Shown here: positions 17,144 to 24,000 of the stretch, piece by piece | Position numbering within the stretch: position 1 is the stretch's first letter | Layout of the letters: every line of letters starts with the position of its first letter | Source: Escherichia coli | Lineage (GTDB): Bacteria > Pseudomonadota > Gammaproteobacteria > Enterobacterales > Enterobacteriaceae | DNA length: 24,000 nucleotides | Strand: one strand, 5' to 3' | NCBI RefSeq assembly: GCF_904863375.1 | Contig: NZ_LR890326.1 | Notes under the pieces: generated by a model | Told to the model about the DNA's origin: nothing | Databases searched by the model: none | Seen by the model: only the letters and a program-made list of their open reading frames with translations | Translations under genes and position numbers: made by a program

Positions 17144-20100
17144 ATGGCGAATTTCTTTATTGATCGCCCCATTTTTGCCTGGGTGCTGGCAATCCTGTTG
17201 TGTCTGACAGGTACCCTGGCGATTTTTTCATTGCCCGTTGAACAATACCCCGATCTCGCGCCACCGAATGTGCGAGTGACCGCTAACTATCCCGGCGCAT
17301 CGGCCCAGACGCTGGAAAACACCGTGACCCAGGTTATCGAGCAAAATATGACCGGCCTCGATAATCTCATGTATATGTCGTCTCAGAGCAGTGGCACCGG
17401 CCAGGCATCTGTCACTTTAAGTTTTAAAGCAGGCACCGATCCGGACGAAGCCGTGCAGCAAGTACAAAACCAGCTGCAATCAGCCATGCGAAAGTTACCG
17501 CAGGCGGTGCAAAATCAGGGCGTGACGGTGCGTAAAACCGGCGATACCAATATTCTGACCATTGCCTTCGTCTCTACCGATGGTTCGATGGATAAACAGG
17601 ATATTGCCGATTACGTTGCCAGTAATATTCAGGATCCGTTAAGCCGCGTGAATGGCGTCGGGGATATCGATGCCTATGGTTCGCAATATTCCATGCGTAT
17701 CTGGCTGGACCCGGCGAAACTCAACAGTTTCCAGATGACGGCTAAAGATGTCACTGATGCCATTGAGTCACAGAACGCGCAGATTGCGGTTGGGCAACTT
17801 GGTGGTACGCCTTCCGTCGATAAGCAGGCGCTCAACGCCACCATTAACGCCCAGTCACTGCTACAAACACCAGAACAGTTCCGCGATATCACCTTGCGGG
17901 TGAATCAGGACGGCTCAGAGGTAAGGCTGGGCGATGTCGCCACCATCGAAATGGGGGCGGAAAAATACGATTATCTTAGCCGCTTCAATGGTATGCCAGC
18001 CTCCGGGCTGGGGGTAAAACTGGCCTCCGGCGCGAACGAAATGGCGACAGCGGAGCTGGTGCTCAATCGTCTCGACGAGCTGGCGCAGTATTTCCCGCAC
18101 GGACTGGAATACAAGGTGGCGTATGAAACCACCTCGTTTGTTAAAGCCTCCATTGAAGACGTGGTGAAAACGCTGCTGGAAGCTATCGCTCTGGTTTTCC
18201 TCGTTATGTATCTGTTCCTGCAAAACTTCCGCGCCACGCTGATACCCACTATCGCCGTGCCGGTGGTGTTGATGGGAACCTTCTCCGTACTTTATGCCTT
18301 CGGTTACAGCGTCAACACCTTAACCATGTTCGCGATGGTGCTGGCGATCGGTCTGCTGGTGGATGACGCCATCGTGGTGGTGGAAAACGTCGAACGTATT
18401 ATGAGTGAGGAAGGACTCACTCCTCGCGAAGCCACACGTAAATCGATGGGGCAGATCCAGGGGGCACTGGTCGGGATTGCGATGGTGCTTTCGGCGGTAT
18501 TTGTACCAATGGCCTTCTTCGGCGGCACCACCGGTGCCATCTATCGCCAGTTCTCTATTACCATTGTTGCAGCGATGGTGCTGTCAGTACTGGTAGCGAT
18601 GATCCTCACTCCGGCTCTGTGTGCCACGCTACTTAAGCCACTGAAAAAAGGTGAGCATCACGGGCAAAAAGGCTTTTTTGCCTGGTTTAACCAGATGTTT
18701 AACCGCAACGCCGAACGCTACGAAAAAGGGGTGGCGAAAATTCTCCACCGTAGCCTGCGCTGGATTGTGATTTATGTCCTGCTGCTTGGCGGCATGGTGT
18801 TCCTGTTCCTGCGTTTGCCGACGTCGTTCTTGCCACTGGAAGACCGTGGCATGTTTACTACCTCGGTACAGTTGCCCAGCGGTTCAACCCAACAACAGAC
18901 CCTGAAAGTCGTTGAGCAAATCGAGAAATACTACTTCACCCATGAAAAAGACAACATCATGTCGGTGTTTGCCACTGTTGGTTCTGGCCCTGGGGGTAAC
19001 GGGCAAAACGTGGCGAGAATGTTTATCCGCCTGAAAGACTGGAGCGAACGCGACAGTAAGACCGGCACCTCGTTTGCCATTATCGAGCGTGCAACGAAGG
19101 CGTTTAACAAGATTAAAGAAGCTCGCGTTATCGCCAGCAGCCCGCCAGCAATTAGCGGTCTTGGTAGTTCTGCGGGTTTTGATATGGAGTTGCAGGACCA
19201 CGCTGGAGCGGGTCACGATGCGCTGATGGCAGCACGTAACCAGTTGCTGGCGCTGGCGGCGGAAAACCCGGAGCTAACCCGTGTGCGCCATAACGGCCTC
19301 GACGACAGTCCGCAGTTGCAGATTGATATCGACCAGCGTAAAGCTCAGGCGCTGGGCGTTGCTATCGACGATATTAACGACACACTGCAAACCGCCTGGG
19401 GTTCGAGCTATGTGAATGACTTTATGGATCGCGGTCGCGTGAAGAAAGTCTATGTGCAGGCAGCTGCGCCGTATCGCATGCTGCCAGATGACATCAATCT
19501 CTGGTATGTCCGAAATAAAGATGGCGGCATGGTGCCCTTCTCTGCTTTCGCGACCTCACGCTGGGAGACAGGCTCGCCGCGTCTGGAACGCTATAACGGT
19601 TATTCTGCGGTAGAGATTGTAGGGGAAGCCGCACCGGGGGTCAGTACCGGTACGGCGATGGATATTATGGAATCGTTAGTGAAGCAGTTGCCAAACGGCT
19701 TTGGTCTGGAGTGGACGGCGATGTCGTATCAGGAGCGGCTTTCCGGCGCGCAGGCTCCGGCGCTGTACGCCATTTCCTTGCTGGTGGTATTCCTGTGTCT
19801 TGCGGCGTTGTATGAAAGCTGGTCGGTGCCGTTCTCGGTAATGCTGGTCGTGCCGCTGGGGGTTATCGGCGCGCTGCTGGCAACCTGGATGCGCGGGCTG
19901 GAAAACGACGTTTACTTCCAGGTGGGCCTGTTAACGGTCATTGGTTTATCGGCGAAAAACGCCATCCTGATCGTCGAGTTTGCTAACGAGATGAACCAAA
20001 AAGGCCACGACCTGTTTGAAGCGACGCTCCACGCCTGCCGTCAGCGTTTACGCCCGATTCTGATGACTTCGCTGGCATTTATCTTCGGCGTATTGCCAAT

Positions 20101-20257
20101 GGCAACCAGCACGGGTGCCGGTTCCGGTGGTCAGCATGCGGTGGGTACTGGCGTAATGGGCGGGATGATTTCGGCCACTATTCTGGCTATTTACTTCGTG
20201 CCGCTGTTCTTTGTGCTGGTGCGCCGCCGCTTCCCGCTGAAGCCGCGCCCGGAATAA
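17144..20257 (+). CDS. acrD: RND-family aminoglycoside/multidrug efflux pump AcrD
   Basis: 1037-aa [59 protein letters not shown]... with typical AcrB/AcrD-type 12-TM RND architecture. No adjacent membrane-fusion-protein gene is present, as expected for acrD. Confidence 0.97.
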   Translation: MANFFIDRPIFAWVLAILLCLTGTLAIFSLPVEQYPDLAPPNVRVTANYPGASAQTLENTVTQVIEQNMTGLDNLMYMSSQSSGTGQASVTLSFKAGTDPDEAVQQVQNQLQSAMRKLPQAVQNQGVTVRKTGDTNILTIAFVSTDGSMDKQDIADYVASNIQDPLSRVNGVGDIDAYGSQYSMRIWLDPAKLNSFQMTAKDVTDAIESQNAQIAVGQLGGTPSVDKQALNATINAQSLLQTPEQFRDITLRVNQDGSEVRLGDVATIEMGAEKYDYLSRFNGMPASGLGVKLASGANEMATAELVLNRLDELAQYFPHGLEYKVAYETTSFVKASIEDVVKTLLEAIALVFLVMYLFLQNFRATLIPTIAVPVVLMGTFSVLYAFGYSVNTLTMFAMVLAIGLLVDDAIVVVENVERIMSEEGLTPREATRKSMGQIQGALVGIAMVLSAVFVPMAFFGGTTGAIYRQFSITIVAAMVLSVLVAMILTPALCATLLKPLKKGEHHGQKGFFAWFNQMFNRNAERYEKGVAKILHRSLRWIVIYVLLLGGMVFLFLRLPTSFLPLEDRGMFTTSVQLPSGSTQQQTLKVVEQIEKYYFTHEKDNIMSVFATVGSGPGGNGQNVARMFIRLKDWSERDSKTGTSFAIIERATKAFNKIKEARVIASSPPAISGLGSSAGFDMELQDHAGAGHDALMAARNQLLALAAENPELTRVRHNGLDDSPQLQIDIDQRKAQALGVAIDDINDTLQTAWGSSYVNDFMDRGRVKKVYVQAAAPYRMLPDDINLWYVRNKDGGMVPFSAFATSRWETGSPRLERYNGYSAVEIVGEAAPGVSTGTAMDIMESLVKQLPNGFGLEWTAMSYQERLSGAQAPALYAISLLVVFLCLAALYESWSVPFSVMLVVPLGVIGALLATWMRGLENDVYFQVGLLTVIGLSAKNAILIVEFANEMNQKGHDLFEATLHACRQRLRPILMTSLAFIFGVLPMATSTGAGSGGQHAVGTGVMGGMISATILAIYFVPLFFVLVRRRFPLKPRPE

Positions 20258-20260
20258 GCA

Positions 20261-20295
20261 ATAAAAAAGGCGACATGCTAATGTGTCGCCTTTTT
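20261..20295. terminator. Bidirectional intrinsic terminator shared by convergent acrD and ypfM
   Basis: The stem is GGCGACA (20269-20275) paired with TGTCGCC (20284-20290), with an 8-nt loop. It is flanked by A6 (20263-20268) on one side and T5 (20291-20295) on the other, so a U tract follows the hairpin on both strands. It begins 4 nt after the acrD stop. Confidence 0.85.
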
Positions 20296-20355
20296 CAACT
20301 TTCCGATTAAGAACCTGCTCAGCGGGTTCTTGCTGTTTGTACTTTGTCTCAGGAA

Positions 20356-20415
20356 TTACTTACGAAGCATAACTTCGATAAAGTCTTTCCAGTTCCCCAG
20401 TTCACGTTCAATCAT
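20356..20415 (-). CDS. ypfM: 19-aa small protein YpfM
   Basis: Too short for the ORF track. The minus strand reads GAGAGG-ttgtt-ATG ATT GAA CGT GAA CTG GGG AAC TGG AAA GAC TTT ATC GAA GTT ATG CTT CGT AAG TAA, which gives MIERELGNWKDFIEVMLRK. This matches the small protein ypfM I recall between acrD and yffB. SD spacing is good. Confidence 0.75.
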   Translation of the reverse strand: MIERELGNWKDFIEVMLRK

Positions 20416-20777
20416 AACAACCTCTCTTATAATTATGGGTATTCTACGGAAACAATATACCGTGGTGAAGCTAATTTACTCGATTGCTGCGATGACTACC
20501 TCCGGGGGACAAACCTTATGTAAATACTATGGTCCTGCGGTGATAATTTGTATGTGATACACAGCAACATTTCGAGATATTCATACGGCATCTAATACTG
20601 ATTTAATTCTGGTTAAAATACAGACAGATAACAAGATGAATATTCTTAATGTTTACGTTAAAAATGTTTAATGTTATTTAATAGTTGTTAATTTGAATAC
20701 TTCGATAATGTTATATTTCCTGATGATCATTTGCAGGCAAAATGTTTTCACCCTTAAATGAGTATTTATTCTCATAA

Positions 20778-21152
<375 letters not shown>

Positions 21153-21155
21153 TCT

Positions 21156-22283
21156 ATGTCGTGCCCGGTTATTGAGCTGACACAACAGCTTATTCGCCGC
21201 CCTTCCCTGAGTCCTGATGACGCAGGATGCCAGGCTTTGTTGATTGAACGTTTGCAGGCGATCGGTTTTACCGTTGAACGCATGGACTTTGCCGATACGC
21301 AGAATTTTTGGGCATGGCGTGGGCAAGGTGAAACGTTAGCCTTTGCCGGGCATACCGACGTGGTGCCGCCTGGCGACGCCGACCGTTGGATCAATCCGCC
21401 GTTTGAACCCACCATTCGTGACGGCATGTTATTCGGGCGCGGTGCGGCAGATATGAAAGGCTCGCTGGCGGCGATGGTGGTAGCGGCAGAACGTTTTGTC
21501 GCACAACATCCCAACCATACGGGGCGACTGGCATTTCTGATCACCTCTGATGAAGAAGCCAGTGCCCACAACGGTACGGTAAAAGTCGTCGAGGCGTTAA
21601 TGGCACGTAATGAGCGTCTCGATTACTGCCTGGTCGGCGAACCGTCGAGTATCGAAGTGGTAGGTGATGTGGTGAAAAATGGTCGTCGCGGATCATTAAC
21701 CTGCAACCTTACCATTCATGGCGTTCAGGGGCATGTTGCCTACCCGCATCTGGCTGACAATCCGGTACATCGCGCAGCACCTTTCCTTAATGAATTAGTG
21801 GCTATTGAGTGGGATCAGGGCAATGAATTTTTCCCGGCGACCAGTATGCAGATTGCCAATATTCAGGCGGGAACGGGCAGTAACAACGTTATTCCGGGTG
21901 AACTGTTTGTGCAGTTTAACTTCCGCTTCAGCACCGAACTGACGGATGAGATGATCAAAGCGCAGGTACTTGCCCTGCTTGAAAAACATCAACTGCGCTA
22001 TACGGTGGATTGGTGGCTTTCCGGGCAGCCATTTTTGACCGCACGCGGTAAACTGGTGGATGCGGTCGTTAACGCGGTTGAGCACTATAATGAAATTAAA
22101 CCGCAGCTACTGACCACAGGCGGAACGTCCGACGGGCGCTTTATTGCCCGCATGGGGGCGCAGGTGGTGGAACTCGGGCCGGTCAATGCCACTATTCATA
22201 AAATTAATGAATGTGTGAACGCTGCCGACCTGCAGCTACTTGCCCGTATGTATCAACGTATCATGGAACAGCTCGTCGCGTGA
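21156..22283 (+). CDS. dapE: Succinyl-diaminopimelate desuccinylase (M20 metallopeptidase)
   Basis: 375-aa [29 protein letters not shown]... with M20 metal-ligand motifs ([24 protein letters not shown]). A GAGGTG SD sits inside the yffB 3' end. Confidence 0.97.
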
Positions 22284-22310
22284 TGAGTGGTTCCGCAAGA
22301 GGAAATAAGC

Positions 22311-22511
22311 ATGGACTGGCTGGCTAAATATTGGTGGATTCTGGTGATTGTCTTTTTGGTAGGCGTCCTGCTGAACGTGATTAAAGATCTCAAGCGCGTC
22401 GACCATAAGAAATTTCTCGCCAACAAGCCGGAGCTTCCCCCGCATCGTGATTTCAACGATAAGTGGGACGATGACGACGACTGGCCGAAAAAGGATCAAC
22501 CGAAGAAGTAA
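22311..22511 (+). CDS. ypfN: Small single-TM membrane protein YpfN (UPF0370)
   Basis: Start set at ATG 22311 ([29 protein letters not shown]...[14 protein letters not shown], 66 aa), preceded by AGAGGAAA. The track's GTG at 22287 has no SD. Confidence 0.88.
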
Positions 22512-22518
22512 GCTAAGT

Positions 22519-22581
22519 GGCCGGATAAGGCGTTAACGCCGCATCCGGCCATGATGCCTGATACAGTCTTATCAGACCTAC
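22519..22581. repeat. REP/BIME: two REP (palindromic unit) copies between convergent ypfN and ypfH
   Basis: GGCCGGATAAGGCGTTAACGCCGCATCCGGCC (22519-22550) is a canonical REP palindrome. GCCTGATACAGTCTTATCAGACCTAC (about 22555-22581) is a shortened second REP of the GCCTGAT...TTATCAGGCCTAC type. Confidence 0.85.
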
Positions 22582-22591
22582 CCGGCTATTA

Positions 22592-23290
22592 TTACATCAT
22601 TTCAATCACATCATCATCGCCAGGCTTACCGCCGCTTAGCGCTTCGTCGAAATAATGTTTCGGAATGGTATAACGCAAGTGATCCAGAGCAAATTGCATA
22701 CTGCGATTGTCGATCGCATGGCCTAAATCCTCCACGATATCCAGCGTCACGTCACCACCGGCACTGATTAACGCTTCCTGCGCCGCAACCGCATGCGCCA
22801 GATCGATAACCGGATCTTCACCGCCATGAATCAGGTGAATTGTCGTGGCTGTAGACGCAGTTTCCGGCAGGCTCGCATACCGTCCGTTAAAGGCAATGAC
22901 GCGTGAGGCAAGGCCCGGTTCGGCTTTAATGCTCTCCAGCGCCATAATCGCGCCTTGAGAGAAACCGATTAGCGCCGTGGCGTTAGCCCCTACTCCGCTC
23001 TGTTTCTGCCAGTAGCGCACCGTTTCAATAAACGTCGGCATGATGGCATCCACACGCGCCTGGCGATTATCTTCCGTAATACCCTGCACCGAAAACCACT
23101 GACGCCCCGCCGGATTACCGCTCGGCTCCGCGCCTCCGACACTCACCACCAGCGCATCAGGAAATAGCGGCGCAAACCAGCTGCCTATTTCCCCCATTGC
23201 CACCGGGTTATCCCCGACACCGTGGAAAAGCAGTAACAATTGTTGCGCAGGTTTATCCGGGCTTTGAACAACAAAATGGTCATGTTTCAT
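22592..23290 (-). CDS. ypfH: Alpha/beta-hydrolase fold esterase YpfH
   Basis: Start set at ATG 23288-23290 (MKHDHFVVQSPDKPAQQLLLLFHGVGDN..., 232 aa), preceded by AAGGAG 6 nt upstream. Nucleophile elbow GFSQGA is present. The track's ATG at 23314 lacks an SD. Confidence 0.92.
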   Translation of the reverse strand: MKHDHFVVQSPDKPAQQLLLLFHGVGDNPVAMGEIGSWFAPLFPDALVVSVGGAEPSGNPAGRQWFSVQGITEDNRQARVDAIMPTFIETVRYWQKQSGVGANATALIGFSQGAIMALESIKAEPGLASRVIAFNGRYASLPETASTATTIHLIHGGEDPVIDLAHAVAAQEALISAGGDVTLDIVEDLGHAIDNRSMQFALDHLRYTIPKHYFDEALSGGKPGDDDVIEMM

Positions 23291-23363
23291 GGCGAACTCC
23301 TTAACTGATGTCATTAATTTTACGCCGCTGACTCACAATGACCATGGGAGAAAATTGAAGGAG

Positions 23364-24000
23364 TCAGTGAAAAAATTGCCATTGCGTTATGCGATCGCGC
23401 AAACGCTCAGTGCGAACATCATCAAGTGCGTATAGCGCCTGCGCGGCCTCTTCCCGCTGACGGACCAGTAACAGCTTACGGCCTGAAAGTTTAAGTGTGG
23501 TACATAACTGCGCGTCACTGGCGTTTTTCTGTAAACGCCCACGCAGCGCCGGTAATGCCATTTCGCTGGTTTGTAACAGACGCATTAAGCAACCTAACGA
23601 CGTTAATAGCGGACGATGAGCGAAAGCAAAACCGGCCAGTTCAAGCCAGTCGTCGTCAGAAAGGACGGCATCGTTTAGTGGATCAACGGGAAGCATTTCG
23701 CCATTCCACTGCGCGAGAGCTTGCGCATCGCGACGTAAACGGTAATGCTCACGTTCAGCCAGCTGTTTACCCGCATCACTCATCGGTAACAGTGCCATCG
23801 CCGTATAGCAACCGCTGCTGGCTTCACGATGATTACCCATTCGCACCAGCACAAAACCGCAGCGTTGCCAGAAACGCCATAACTCCCCGGTGTAACCAAA
23901 ACTCACCGAAAGATAGTCGAGGTCATGCGTATATTGCAAAGCACCAGCAATAAGTTGCCGCCCTGTGCCTTCCCGCTGACGCGCCGGATGAACTGCTATC
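23364..24000 (-). CDS. tmcA: tRNA(Met) cytidine acetyltransferase TmcA, C-terminal part (N-terminus beyond the right window edge)
   Basis: The track ORF 23364-23939 begins at an internal TTG. I translated 23940-23999 in the same frame and it stays open (...IAVHPARQREGTGRQLIAGALQYTHDLDYLSVSFGYT...). RQREGTGRQL is a GNAT acetyl-CoA motif (R/Q-x-x-G-x-G/A). The sequence matches my recollection of YpfI/TmcA. Confidence 0.88.
   Translation of the reverse strand, partial: IAVHPARQREGTGRQLIAGALQYTHDLDYLSVSFGYTGELWRFWQRCGFVLVRMGNHREASSGCYTAMALLPMSDAGKQLAEREHYRLRRDAQALAQWNGEMLPVDPLNDAVLSDDDWLELAGFAFAHRPLLTSLGCLMRLLQTSEMALPALRGRLQKNASDAQLCTTLKLSGRKLLLVRQREEAAQALYALDDVRTERLRDRITQWQFFH

Noticed and set aside
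20330-20557. 75-aa + strand ORF in the acrD-yffB gap
   Set aside because: It has a TTG start with no SD and runs antisense across the SD-supported ypfM gene. The sequence has no recognisable features. It is best explained as a chance ORF.
20704-20722. Fur-box-like GATAATGTTAT... upstream of yffB, and GATAATTTG at about 20543
   Set aside because: They match only about 11/19 and 9/19 positions of GATAATGATAATCATTATC. AT-rich DNA gives such partial matches readily.
20636-20777. Two 11-codon mini-ORFs (ATG 20636 MNILNVYVKNV*, ATG 20742 MFSPLNEYLFS*) as possible leader peptides for yffB
   Set aside because: There is no SD for the first and only an AGG at 4-nt spacing for the second. In such AT-rich DNA, short ATG..TAA ORFs arise by chance. 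They are not reportable without Ribo-seq or conservation evidence.

Overview
This window reads as ordinary Escherichia coli core chromosome, from the eut-maeB-talA-tktB-narQ-acrD-dapE neighbourhood (about 55-56 min on the K-12 map, from memory). Gene order, with < for minus strand and > for plus strand: eutE' <eutN <eutM <eutD <eutT <eutQ <eutP <eutS | <maeB | talA> tktB> | <ypfG <nudK <aegA | narQ> acrD> | <ypfM | yffB> dapE> ypfN> | <ypfH <tmcA'. Both edge genes are truncated by the window. Every internal gene is intact and has the length I expect for its family. Coding density is high. I see no IS element, integrase, prophage, CRISPR array, tRNA/rRNA gene, toxin-antitoxin pair or defence-like cassette, and no compositional island beyond short AT-rich promoter regions. 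I therefore do not find a previously undescribed system here. The only multi-gene system is the promoter-proximal half of the well-known ethanolamine-utilisation (eut) microcompartment operon. The items worth a second look are small-scale: (1) a structured 106-nt spacer between shell genes eutM and eutN; (2) an RNA hairpin that buries the nudK Shine-Dalgarno; (3) a telomere-like G-quadruplex motif inside a palindromic intergenic repeat between tktB and ypfG; (4) a BaeR box upstream of acrD; (5) the 19-codon gene ypfM, which the ORF track misses; (6) a 380-bp very AT-rich, motif-iterated region upstream of yffB. All functional names come from my recognition of the translated sequences and motifs. 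No database search was run.
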